A stretch of 64,000 nt of DNA, from the NCBI RefSeq assembly GCF_036321535.1, contig NC_087436.1, positions 76,138,001 to 76,202,000 on the forward strand, read 5' to 3'. Origin of the DNA: Camelus dromedarius (taxonomy: Eukaryota). A model generated the notes under the pieces. The model was given only the letters and a program-made list of their open reading frames with translations. It searched no databases and was not told where the DNA came from. This document shows positions 51,394-64,000 of the stretch, piece after piece (position 1 is the first letter of the stretch; every line of letters starts with the position of its first letter). Position numbers and translations under genes: made by a program.

Positions 51394-53147
51394 GTGCACT
51401 TATTAATGTTATATAAGCAATAGTCACAATCAGACATCGCTTGTGAGTTTACAGAAGCTCAGAAGGTCATGTGGGAAAGACGATGCTTTTATTTCCCATA
51501 AACATCCCAAGAACAAGAGGTTATATTTTAAAATTTTGGTCATAGCCTGTTACTGTACACATATGATCAGGAAGTTTGTACAATCAGGAAGTTCTCTGCT
51601 GGGTTTTCCTAAGTTGTGGTACCAGGTGTTCTCTTGTACTTTGTGGGGAATCTTCCTGTGTGAATGGACATCTGTAAGGCCCATTATATAGTCAGTTAAA
51701 TAGTAATTTAAATCTCTATCTTCAAGTGAGATATTAGGTTGTTGCATCAAAGAACATGTTTTAATTATTTTTGGAATTACAAAATATTAACATTGCATAT
51801 GTACATGTGTGTCTGTGTATGAATGTTTTTTTTACCAAGTCACTTCATTGAGTGTCTATAATTGGAAGAAACTTTGTCTTCAGTTCATAATGCTTTGAGG
51901 GTCAACCACATTTTATCTTTTTAATCACATTTTATTTTTACTTTGGGACTTTCTGAACCAGTGATGGAACTGGGTCCAGATGAGGGTCCCTCCCCTATTA
52001 CTTCTTGGGCCCCTCCTCTGTCCTTTTCTTTCTTAACCAAGCTGCAGGACCCTCTTCCTTTTGTACGTTACCCCAAAGAAGAATGACACAAACATGAAAA
52101 GAAATAATCAAGCTGAACAAGGAAATGTGCATTTGGGGGGAAGAAAATGTTCTTTCACATATAAGTTTATAAGGGAAGCCCAGTGTTCTTTTGTTCCTAG
52201 TGGGCAGTCATGAGCTCATTTGAAGAGTACAGTTAATAGTATGAAATTTGAAGTTAACATAATTATTTCTCTTAAGTGAGTTTGTACCAAGCCTGATTCT
52301 GTTTTGTATACCATGAGACTTTTATTTTATTTTTTTTAGTACTAATAAGAACAGGTCAGATTATACTGTAGAAAGTTGAGATTTAGGATGTATCTTCTTG
52401 GTAGTAATTGTTCCTTTGAAGTAAATTATCTCTTATAGGCAGTTTAGATTCCTGGGAAAAATAATTTCCCACAAATGAGACAAGAGGAAAAGTTGACTAC
52501 TTGTCTTACTCTGCTTGGGGCCAGTTTTCATAATAACTGTGCTAATAACCAGATAAAAACACTACAGAGATGTAGATGTTAATATCTTGGGGGGAAGATG
52601 AATGACTTTTGGAGACATTTCTCATCTAGGCTGATCTGATTGTTCACATAGAAGAGAAGTAAAATTGAACAAAACTAGAGACAAGTGAATCAATACATAT
52701 TTTGAACAATAATATTTAGAGATATTTCTAATGTAAAGTTTCCAGTGAATTTTAAACCTCCTTTGCTAGCTGTCATAGCCCAGAAATCTGACTACAGTTA
52801 CAGCTTATTTCATTCCAAGTTTTGTACCTATTTAGTGGTTAGGTATGTCTTTGAATCACAGACATTTTTCACTTGCAAAATGGTTGATACAAGTCTGATA
52901 TATGAATTAAGGAAGTGGCAAGTACTATTCATCAATTGTGTGGTTTGGGAAACATTATGATACAGATGTTAAATTCAAGATATTTAACTTCACAAAATAT
53001 GAGTATCACTAAGTCAGTTATTGGATATTTTCAAATGTTCATTTTGCTAATTTGATAAAAGGCTTAGATAATAGTTCAAATGATTACCTGCCTCAAATAT
53101 TCTGAAGAAGTATGTAAGAAGGATAATCAAAGGTCATGGAGAGCTTC

Positions 53148-53760
53148 TATTCATCCAACAAATATTTACTGAGTGCTTACCATGTGCTTTACCTACCACG
53201 CTAGATACTGGGCATGTTGTTTTATACAACAGAGGCATGTTCCCGGCTCTCATGGGACTTCAGGTCCAGTGGGGGAGATGTACAATAAACAATATCCACA
53301 GACACACACGTGCATGTACTTTGTGATGAATGCTATGAAACAAAAGAACTGAGTACCCAGAGAGAGAGAGAGGAACTTTGGTGGTAGTGGTGATGGAGGT
53401 TTACTTTAGCTTGGAAGATAGGAAAGGTCTCTGATTCGACATTTGTGCTGGAGTATGAAGGATAAGGAGACTGCCATGCAAAGTATGAAAGAAATCATCC
53501 CAGGAAGAAAGATGTGCACGTGTGAAAACCCTAAGCAGGAAAGACCTTAGGGAACTCCTGAAGTTGAAAGAAGGCCAATGAGATGGAAGCATAGAGAGCT
53601 AGAGGGATAGTGGAAGCTGGGAGGGAGAGGGGGGAAGAGTTTGGGTTTGCAGTGTTCAGATTGTCGTGACTGTGGCAGGCGTTAAGGTCTTATTCTAAAT
53701 GCAGGCAGAAGCCACTGACAGGTTTTATCCAAAGATAAATATGATATGATCATTTAAATA
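53148..53760 (-). mobile_element. L2 3' region
   Basis: 'attcatccaacaaatatttactgagtgcttaccatgtgc', 'ttattctaaatgcaggcagaagccactg'. Confidence 0.8.
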
Positions 53761-55499
53761 AGTTTTAATTCTCATTTTATTTATTTCATAGGTTTAAAAG
53801 TATAGGATTTTGATATTTTTCCACATGTAATATTCCATATTCTTGATTTTTTGTTTGCTTTTTGTTTTTTGTGTCAGAGTCATTTTCAGTAGAGAAATAG
53901 CAGTCATCCTTAATAATTACTTAGGAGAGGGGAAAAATTCTCCAGCTTGCCATTTGGAAAGTTGTTTAGCCACTCTTTCCTATGCTAGAACTCTGAATGT
54001 TAAAACTAAAATTTGGTAAAGTAATTTTAAGGCAGTGATCCAATAATATTTGCCTTGAGGTGGATTTACATTTTGTCATGTTACTGACTACATTCTTTCT
54101 AAAGCTCTAGTAAGGGGTGTTATTCTTCAAAGGTAGTCCAGAACTATGCACAATGGTTTCAAATACCATCTTAGCAAAACCAAGCGCCATTGTTTACTAT
54201 TCTCTGTATGACCCCCACACTGGTCTAAATCCTTTTGAGTCTCTTGGGTAAGGCAGGAGAATGAGGGAAAATACTGAGGTCTTCATGATTTAAAAAAAAA
54301 AAAAAAAAAAGCTTCCCAGGAAACAGAGGGAAACATTTCTTTTCTTCTGTACCAGGCAGAAACCCAGGGCAAATGCAATAACAAGAATATACTATTTCCC
54401 CATTAAAGATGATGAGATGCTTCCTGGTGATTCTGAGTATGTATTGGGTCTTTAACTTATCGAAAATGAACAAATCGAGTTTGTTGCTTCAGGTGAAAGT
54501 TTACAAATACAAAATTCTACCCTTTAAAAACAAAGTGAGGTGTGCTATACTAATAAAAGGAATTATAAATTTTGATAAAGGTATATATATATATACACAT
54601 ATATGGACCACATATGTTTTCAAGGGTGCAAAAAATTACGAGTTCACAGATTTTTAGTTTATATAACCTGCTTTACCCTCTACTATGGGTGAATGAAATC
54701 TGAATTCTTTTCCTCTTGCCTGGAATGTATTCCTGTTTGCTAGAGAGGATGCTCCTTTGTGTCCAGATTCTGTCTGTGACAACCTGTGCCCACTTCTCTG
54801 ATCCTCAGTTTTCTCCTGGGTAAAAGGGAAGACAAGGGGGCTGGGGAGGCACCTGCTGTGGCTCACACCTGGGACTCTCCTGTGGTCCATGCAGTTGCCC
54901 TGAGCAGGTGATGTGGGTGGTGCAGCCACTGCTGTCCAGCAGTAGTGGACTCCGTGCCCTCACCTGGAAGGCTGTGGGTAGAAAGTTAAATCTGGTTCTG
55001 AGTGATTTTCCTTCACTCCTTAGCAAGTTCCAGGAAGAAATTACACATGCTGTGGTCATGATTGACTACAGTGAACAGGAAGGAGACTGAAAGACCATAA
55101 GGTGGTTTCCATTAAGGAGGAATTTTACTCCAGGGGCACATTATAGTTAAGTTTCTTGGTTAACAGTCCTGTAGTTTATTAGTCTCTGACCTTGTGCTGC
55201 TGCTTTGAAGCTATGTAACCTCCTCCTGATTCTGTGTCCTCTTGTTTTGCCTGCTTTTGAGAGAGGAAAAAGATTAAGACACTAAGGCTGATACTAATTT
55301 TTCGCTAAAATGTGGAGTTGAAGTTGGTGTGTGGGTGGTTTGGACACTTAAATCTGTGCTGCGTATAGGATTCATTTTCTAAAATGCACTGCTTTTGTTA
55401 AGGCTCATCTGCTGACACTCTCATAATTTTGCCTCATACTCCAAAGCCGCCAATTGGAAATACTTAAACATACCTTCAGTGAGGTAATTTCATGTATTT

Positions 55500-55620
55500 T
55501 CTGACTTAATCCTTAAAGAAATTCCTTGAGCTAAATAATACCCCATTTTTAGAGACAAAAATCAAGGATCAGAGAAATTAGAGGATGAACCCAGAGTCAT
55601 AAGTAGTAACTGTTGGGACA
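55500..55620 (-). mobile_element. MIR fragment
   Basis: 'ccccatttttagagacaaaaatcaaggatcagagaaattag'. Confidence 0.5.
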
Positions 55621-56389
55621 GAAATTGTCCTACGGATAAAGAAGATTCGCAATCACAGAATTATTGGTTTTCCCTTGCTTCACAAGCATGTTAAATTTAT
55701 CATTTCTGCAATATAAAATATAAGGATAATGAGGGCACAATACAATCAGAATAGCAGCATAAATGTTTGTTTTTAAGGTATTAAAAATCTCCGTTGTGTA
55801 TTCATGACAACAATTAAGCTCTTGGTGAGGCCAAGGGGTGAGAATGTTTAAATGAGTCTTTTTCTGCCATCCGTTATCAACTTGGAAAATCAATACTAAT
55901 GGGGGAAGCACAAGAGCAAAGACTAAGTTTGTTACACATGATCGGAAAATGAAACACATCTACCATGTTAGTGTTGCTTTCAATTTGTGGTGACATTTAC
56001 TGAAAATATTCTGCAATATTTGGCAAAGTTAAAAGAGGGATTGCTCCCCAATTAACCAGAGGATCAAAGAGGGAAGATTAGGGAGGGGAGTGTTGTCTAT
56101 TTTTTTTTTTTAAGAAGCAAAATGTTTGGAAAGGTCAGGCTTTGAGTGAGCTGACCTCCACCACTTTTAGTATTCAGGTTGACTAATGAGCACTTCAACT
56201 CATCATTCTAATGGATGCGTTTATGTCAAGAAAGAATAAAAAAAGTGCTTTTCAATAACTGGTGCCAATAGTGAGTCTATAGACAGAAGCTAAATGATTT
56301 CTGTGTTACCTATTTAACTACCGAAAAAACTTAGAGCTAAATATATACACCATGATTCTATACTATAATATCTGTATTAAATACTTCAG

Positions 56390-56515
56390 ATTCATTTATT
56401 TAATCAAGTTCAACTGACATTTATTGAGCTTCCACTATGTGCCAAGCCCTGAAGGAGGCTCTGTGTAAACAGTGGTGAACAAAGTCCCGGACCTCATGTA
56501 GCTTTTATTCTAGAA
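56390..56515 (-). mobile_element. L2 3' end
   Basis: 'catttattgagcttccactatgtgccaagccctg...gtggtgaacaaagtcc'. Confidence 0.7.
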
Positions 56516-56984
56516 TGTCTTTCCAGGAATTATCTAGATGTAATCAAGAAAAATAGGCTTCTGACACCCCATTCTTGTTCTTGTTGAGGTAACATTTTTC
56601 TTCTCTGAACATGAATTTGAAGTGTGTTAAAGGATCTGCATAGATCCTAGCACCATCTCAAATAATGTGTGAGTCCTCTCTATGTGAAGAAAATTAATAG
56701 CTGTAAGACTTTAGATCTCAAAGGTGTACAACCTAACTACTGTCCTCTCCTGACTTTCTCTTTTAAACATTATGTCACCTTGGGGAAAAAGTTTCTGTTC
56801 TGGCATTGCATGCAGCTGCAGAGATCTGAAATGGAAGAAACAAATTCTTTGCAGAAGAAAACTGTCTTAAACTTCAATGTTTATTAGGGTTCACTATTCA
56901 GGTGGTAAATAAAGTTTAATTAGAAAGAGTGGGGTCTAAAAAGATGCAGTAGTAATAATGTCCACTTTTCAGTGACTTCTGTGG

Positions 56985-57170
56985 AACTTGAATGTCTCAC
57001 CCTGGGTTAAAAGGATTTCATGGTCAAATAAGTTGGGAAACTCAAAATAGAAGCCTCCTACTGGGAGATTTATTTTGCACATTGATATAGCAGTGCTTTA
57101 AGAAGTCCCAAAATTGAGAAACCTCTTTCATCCAGTGATTCTCAAACCTGTTTGTCCGGGGAAATATTTT
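56985..57170. mobile_element. MER103-like hAT fragment
   Basis: 'catggtcaaataagttgggaaac', 'ccagtgattctcaaacctgtttg'. Confidence 0.55.
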
Positions 57171-60004
57171 CATGTATCAATGATTAAAATTGGGGGAGAA
57201 ATTCCTCTTTAATAAAAGATGAACTCTTGACCATTGCAGAAAGAAGATTCCCCCAAGATTTCACAAGGGCGCCATCTTGTTATGTGTTCTAATACCCTGA
57301 AGAGGTGCCTAAAGATAATATTGCCTGTCTCCAATATTCATCCTTGGCTTTTATTATGCTGTTAACGGCCATCTTTTCTTGTATTTGCAATTGCAAGTGT
57401 TTAGCTTCCCCACGCTGTCAAGCCATTTGTTCTCTTAAGTAAAATACGATTCACTGTATCTCACTAAGTTCCATCTTGTTTGCAATATATCTGTACCTCT
57501 AGCATTCTACGATTGTTTTAAATTTCTCATCGTGGTGATATAATATTTGTAATTTCTGATTTTCATCAACAGGTAATTTTAAATGAGGGTGGAGATGTGA
57601 CACATCCTGAGTTTTGACTTTTCACAACTTAGTATCTGCTCTACCTGGACAACGGCACTCACTTATAAGCATTCAAAATGCTGGCTTTCACATTCTCTGT
57701 ATCACCTACATTTCTATTAAGAGCCACATAAGACAGAGATGGCTTCTTTTATTGAAAGATCTGATGCTTCTATAACAGTCAAAACATATCCAGAGTCTGC
57801 CTTTCCTAGGAAACTAATGTCTGCAGAACACTTTTCAAAGTAAAATATTGCAACTTATTTTGATGAAGTTCATATTATATGAAGATAAATGCTCATTTTC
57901 AGGTCATCCTTTGGTGATTTCCTTAAATGGTAGGTAGAGATTAAAGAAACAGCCCTTTTTTAGGGACAGGGAAGTTTTTTTAAATATGACAAACAGCCAC
58001 AAAGATGCTGCCTGGGATTTTTATGGAAAGTAGCCTGGGGGAAATAAAGTCACTAAGAAGAGTTCCTAAAATAAAAGATAATCGGAAAACAGGGAATATC
58101 AGATAACAAAGAAACTGAACTCACAGGTGATTTATTCAGTGAGTAATACAGAACTTAAGATTTGGTCAGTTCCATTCTCTCAGATCTCTGTGGTTTTGAA
58201 ACACTTGAGAACCCCTGGCTTTAACTGCTGGGTACAAGTAGTGAAAAGAGATCTGTTGTATTTTTTTAGGGTCTTAATTCATCCATTGGTTAGCTTCCTT
58301 GGTCTCCATGAGTCAGACGGAGCAGAGTGGACCCTCAGAAGAAGACCAGCTATTTCCTAGCAAGTGTTGTACATAAATTTTTGCTAAGAACTTTTATCGC
58401 CCCACCTTTGGCAGTGAAAAGTGTCTTTTGTGGAAATAAATACATATATTTCTAGAAGATAAATAGAAGCTGATATATAAGTTTACTTCCTGGATGTAAT
58501 GTAGACAGATTTACCTGAAACCAGCAAGTTAATTATATGAAGTTGAATCAGTTAATTGGCAAAATAAGAAAATAAATTCTTTTATATTTCGTAGACCCAA
58601 ACAATTTTATTGACTATATATTTTTTTAATTTACTTTTGGACTTCTGAGTGGGTATTTACTGCACTGAAAAAGCTATAGATAAAATGTCTTTGTAGAGAT
58701 TAGTTTTTGTAATGAATTTTACATGTCTAAGTTTGTTTTTAATTGGAAGATTGGGGAACATATTCCATTTGACATAATTTTTCTTTTCTTTTGGGTTCTC
58801 TCTTTTTATTTTCTTTTTTCTTCAAGAGGCAGTATTGTATACATTTCATGCTTTTATACATGGGCCACCATGTTTGGCAGAACATCAGTTCTGTTTCATT
58901 TCCTCATTAAAGGAAACGGCTCAATATCCTAACAAAGTCACAAATCTTTCGCAGAATGCACAATGCCAAGACAGCTGGTCTCTGTATTTCCACTCAAATG
59001 GCACCTTTCTCCCATAATTCACATGTAGGATTCTTTCTTTGGGGTTTTGAAATTTAATGGCTAGTGAAGTCACGATGGGAAGACTGTATGTATTTAGAAA
59101 GCAGCTGAAGTGGCAAACTGATATTTTTCAAAGAACTGATTGAGAGGATGCTGAGATGTTTGGGGATTGAGTTTGGAATCAGGAATTTTTTTTAATGATC
59201 CTCAAACTCTCTGGAGGAGGTCGCTATTTTAATGGATAAAGAACTCTACTCGTTTAAAAAACAGACTTGTTATTTCTTTAAAAAGCTGTTTCTACTCTCT
59301 CCTCCCCAATTAAAAAATCTCTCATTTTGTAGATGTGGCTTTAATTTGAAGCAATATGGTATTCTCTCCCCGCCCCCAATTCTAACTAAACAAACTCTGT
59401 AAGAATTAGCTTTGAGTTATTCCATCTGTGGACTTTTAATTTTGTCATAAAAACACAGAAGCCTGGCAGGGAACTCTTTCCAACTGGCTACATGTATCAT
59501 CTTGTCTGAAAGCTGGTTAAGTAAGTATGGCATTTAAAATGAAATAAAAAAACTTCATTTATGGAACTAGTTCACTCGAAGTGTTTGCCCACTTCTTTGA
59601 CCATCTGTTTATGTTGACAACCACCGCCCCACATTGTGCCAAAGTGCCCTTGGCTATTAAAAACAGTGTTTTGTGTGTGAGTGGTGTGTGTGTCCTCACA
59701 CATGTATGTGTTTCTGGGGTGCCATTTTCTTGAGAAATGTCTTGTTAAAGGTTTCATATGATCCGTGTGGAGATATTTCAGGTCATTTGCTGTTCAGGAA
59801 ACATTGTACTGAAAATGCTACAAGCCCATGCAGTATTAAAGAAACTCCGTTTCCTCCTCCTCCCTCTTGAAATATTGGAATTTCTTTTAAAAGACTATGA
59901 ATACATCGTCAAAATACCTGTTGAGTTTGGCAAGCGTGGGAATGATGTGATGTGTTGAAGGTGAATCCAAATAGGAATCTAACCATTTCTCAGGACAGAA
60001 ATAC

Positions 60005-61300
60005 CTTGGGATGACTCAGGAATTCTAAGCTGCTGGCAAGATTCTTTCTGTTAACAGAAATGTCTGAGTTGATATTTAATTCACCAGATGACAGAGCAAC
60101 TTTTCTTTTACATTTGACAGTGTAAATAAAGTCTTTGGGGGCAAGACGCCCTCGTTGTAGCTGAAGAGCTGTGGGCACCAGGACTGCCAATCTGGCATCG
60201 TTGTTTTCCATACTTTGAACAACCATTTATTAAAGATTTTAAACAGCTACTTATCAAAAGCCAATCAGTGCATGACAATATTTTAAGCCCTGAGCCAGAG
60301 AAATAAAGAGGCACATTTTCATTTGTATCAAAGTTGTAATTCTTGTGGGGAGCAGAAGGCACAAATGATAAGAAAGATAAGACAATTAAGAGAGGGATTT
60401 TGTCAAATGGAGATCAAAATTTCATAGGCGTTGCAAGGATAGAGAGGTCTTTGTGGGCTGCTGAGGGCCAGTGACAAGTCAGCTTCTCTTTGTAAGGCTG
60501 TACCTTCTCTTTCCTCAAAGCCCCTAAATTGTCTGGAATACAGAGGAGTATCTGAGAGGCTCCTCACTTCCCCTGAGCATTGCAAGACATAAAATAACAC
60601 CAGAGGAGGCTAATGAGAGCAGTGATATTTATACACTTGAGTAACTCACAGGGACACAGTGCAGGCTTAGAAACAAATTAAATGTATGATTTGGGGACTA
60701 GTATAATAAACTGTCACAGAACTCTTTTAGGTAAGGTTGAATGCGTATCCTCTGTCTGGCTCTGATCTGTAATTATTATTTTTATTATTACATTTTAATC
60801 CTCTAAGAAGAAATAATGATTTTTTTTAAACCACTTAGTTTGTCAGCTTTTTAAATAGATTTGCTTTTTCTCATTTTCCGTGTTTTACCATCAGTTGCCA
60901 TAGAATTCTTTTTCAGAGCCAGGGTCAGGCTGAATAACAGATATCATTTCTGACAGCTGTAAAGTGAGGCTAATGAACGTCCCAATGAGGATGTCCCGTG
61001 CCAGGTTCATCCATCCGGCTGAATTTGCATTGTGAGCGTCACAGCTCACTGCTGCCCAGGGCTGGTGTCATTTATTTAATAATTCAGTTCACCACATTAT
61101 AGGGTAGCTGCAGTGTTTCATATCATTCAAGACAAATAAGAAAATTTTTAAAAGCTGCATAGAAGAAAGTAACATTTTAGTTCTTCTCATAGACTGTGGC
61201 TTGTTGAAATGCTGAGCGTGACAGTTACTCCTGAAGTGTGAAATGTTAACAATTTCTATTAAGTATAGAAACTCTGTATTTCCAGCTGTGTCATTGATGG
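60005..61300. promoter_or_regulatory. Candidate conserved enhancer block rich in TALE (MEIS/TGIF) motifs
   Basis: TGACAG at 60089, 60115, 60951, 61219; CTGTCA at 60711; TGACTCA 60012; TGTAAATA 60121; no TE recognised. Confidence 0.4.
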
Positions 61301-62221
61301 CATGCAGTTTTGCTCTGTGTTTATTAAGAAGGATTTTTAAGATGTTTTTATTTTCCTAACCTCCGATATTTAAAGTGCAGACCATTCATGCATTTTAGCA
61401 GGTTGAACTTGCGTCTAGTAGTTGATACTAAGAAATACCTGTGAAAAAAATGCATTAACCAAAAGAACTCAGTGTTAAATGTGGATTGTGTATGTTTCAC
61501 TTTTAATGGATTTTCTCCCCTTTCTTTGAATCTGTTTTTCTCCTCTTTTGTTAATCTAAAATTAGTCTAGGTATTCAGTCTTATTTTGAATACTACAAAG
61601 TTGTCATTGAAACAGCAAGCTTCATGCAAAAGAAAGAAAATGAATTATGTTTAAGGGGATACAAAAAGAGTGTTAAAATAGCAATATAAAGGCACAAACT
61701 TCTATTTAAAATATACAGTCGTAACTGTTAATGGTGAAAATTCTTTCCCTTTAGAGATGTAATAGTGGTGAAAACGTGACTTACTATTGTTCCTATGATT
61801 AGTCTCTTGGCACATTTTATTTTGCATAGTAGATTCTCAAGACATGTTTAATGAATAAATGTATAAATTTTTCTCTGCGATGAAATCACACTGATGGAAA
61901 TAAACACAGAATAAAAGTCTTGATTCGTATAGTGAGCCTCAGTAACCATAAATGTCATAGTCAAGATAACCAAGTCCTTTGATTTGTTTTTCCTGAATAA
62001 AGATATTTTCTTCCAAAGAGGGGATTTTTGAGTACCTAAGAGCAAGTCGAAATTGGAAAAACCCAATGTAAGGTACAGTTTGGGAAAGTAAAAACCTCTG
62101 ACCACAAGTCCTCTCTCCCTGCTATGAACTCCTACAACTGTGTAACTGTTCCTCATTTATAAAATGTATCGCTCTATACCTGGCGTTAAAGTTGACTGTA
62201 TTCATACTGCCATATTCGTAC

Positions 62222-62708
62222 TGACGGGAAGCAGAACATGCCACTCCGGAATGTGCCACTTTAGTGTATTGGATTATTTTATGCTGAAGACAGTCAGGGC
62301 CCAGGAGATTCAGGGAGAGCTTTTTACCTCCCTCTTAACTGCCTAAAATCATCTAGATAGGGGACCTGTACCAGGAAGAAAGCTTCTTAAAGATACAACT
62401 TTATTTTTTATATCAGAAAGACTTCTCCACATGGTATGGCAAACACTTGTTTACCAAACATTTGATCTCAACTTCCTGTAAATTATCTTCCTCCCATTTG
62501 AAGCCCCAGACCCCTCCCTTCTTCTCCTTAGCTCAGGATGGTATGTAAGCCTCAGTTACCAGACTGCTGGGAGAAGTATCATATTTTTATGGGGCTTCTG
62601 TAAGTAGGAAATTTATTTTTCTCCCACTAATCTGCCTTCTATTAGTTTAATTTTTAGACCGGCCAAAGGACCTAACAGAAAAGAAGGGAAACTTTTTCTG
62701 CCCCAACA
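62222..62708 (+). mobile_element. ERV1-class solo LTR (MER34/MER39-like)
   Basis: TG...CA ends; 'agaacatgccactcc...tgccacttt', 'ccttagctcaggatggtat', ends 'ctgccccaaca'; TSD gtac/atac. Confidence 0.8.
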
Positions 62709-62712
62709 ATAC

Positions 62713-62810
62713 CTTCCTTCCAACATAAAAGCTCTTCGAGACAGGTCTATGTCTTCTTCATCCCTGTAGTTTTGTACTTGTGGTAGCTCAGTAATTGTTC
62801 AATAAATGAA
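62713..62810 (+). mobile_element. L2 3' end
   Basis: 'aagctcttcgagacagg...ggtagctcagtaattgttcaataaatgaa'. Confidence 0.55.
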
Positions 62811-64000
62811 AGCTTGTTTTTGCATGGTCTTTCACAGTATTGAAGTTGGGAGATACAAAACACATAGCCTACAATAAACAACGGCAATACAGTGGGCTTG
62901 GGTTTGGACATGAAAGTGTGGTGGGAACAGATCATGATCGTACGTCTGCCTGAAGCAGTTTGAGAGGCTTCGTGGGGAAAATAAAAGACTAATGTGAACT
63001 TGAACATTTATATTATGGAGTCTACTTGTAGGGGTCAGGAGGAGATAGGAGCACAAAGAAACAAGTGGTGGTATGAGGATGTGTGTCTTGTTGGAAAGCT
63101 TCCATACAGCTTGTTGAGAAATAGCACACCAGGATGCACATCAGGAGAGCCAGGTTGGGAAGGGTCTTTCATATCAGCTTGACTTATAGCTGGTAGAAGA
63201 AGAGAAACATGAAGGATATATAGCAGGAGATGATTAAACATTTCAGAAACATTATTCTGGTAGTAGTGAGAACAATGGGTGGAAGGGGCTTGGGGCTCAA
63301 GCAGGAAGACCAGTTGTCATTTGTACTGTAGAAAGGGGCACATTGCTGTTCCCTTCCCTGTTTCTTGGGGCTGCCTCCCCAATAAAATACATGCATTTGA
63401 CTCCTTGTATAAGGGTCTCCTTGTAAAAATCCCAAAATCTGTTAAGAGGCAGGAGTTAATGGAAAAGTTAAGCTTGAAGATGCAGAAAAGAGGAGAAATA
63501 ATCATAGAGCAAGGACTCATGAGTTGGCACAAGAGTGGTGGTGATATAGCAGTCTTGATGAGAGCAGTAAAGTTACATACAACTGGGAAGAGAAAAGTGT
63601 GGAAGACTTGCAGCGAATTATAAAAGGTTTCAAGTGAGCTGGACGCTGTAACTGACATTCGGTAGCAAAAAGACACAGGTAGATTATCATGTGTGAAGCA
63701 CATCAAACAGAGGACTTAATAAACATTCTTAAGCCTAAAGTATTTATCATCTGTCCTGTTGATATTGGTATTTCAAAACCCAGTTTCAAACATAATAGAA
63801 ACTTGAAAGTTATTCTCTATGAATTGCAAACCTAGAGAACAAAATTGACTGTGTCTATAAGGAAAAGAGTTCTTATTCCTTTTGGAGTACAAAGATGAGA
63901 TTCTGCAAAACTGTTTCAAAGTAAACATCTTACTTGTGTTTGGCCTAATATATTAAATCACTAAAATCAAAACGAAACACAACAACCAGTATTTCAAGAG

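Noticed and set aside
57270..57375. Two YY1-like GCCATCTT motifs
   Set aside because: Short motifs with no CpG island or promoter context; the first may be a MITE remnant.
63279..63706. Overlapping 114-aa and 129-aa ORFs on opposite strands
   Set aside because: No recognisable domain or splice context, and they overlap probable L2/LTR remnants.
1..64000. A novel prokaryote-style system (CRISPR array, defence operon, retron)
   Set aside because: The sequence is mammalian non-coding DNA. There is no regularly spaced repeat array or gene-dense region, and the longest ORF (152 aa) is antisense L1.

Overview
This is mammalian nuclear DNA: AT-rich, CpG-depleted, with no CpG island. It is not prokaryotic, and I find no CRISPR array, operon, rRNA or tRNA. 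Roughly half is decayed transposable elements: old L1M LINEs, three younger L1 insertions with recognisable target-site duplications (TSDs), L2, MIR, MaLR/ERVL/ERV1 LTRs, and hAT and Tigger MITEs. The young L1 3' UTRs are cetartiodactyl-like and no Alu, BovB/BovA, PRE1, CHR or SINEC is visible, which suggests a camelid-like genome (inference). No intact protein-coding gene is supported. The ORF track is L1 ORF2 remnants, antisense L1 and chance ORFs. Most L1s lie on the minus strand, which fits an intron of a large plus-strand gene. The best leads are a splice-signal-flanked GC-rich candidate exon (12786-12951), two MEIS/PBX/homeobox motif clusters in TE-free DNA (about 28.2 kb and 60-61.3 kb), an L1 with intact TSDs but two large internal deletions, a twin-primed 5'-inverted L1, and two inverted copies of one ERV1-type solo LTR. 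I see no evidence of a novel biological system. Repeat family names come from recalled consensus motifs and need RepeatMasker/Dfam confirmation. Boundaries without TSDs are approximate.
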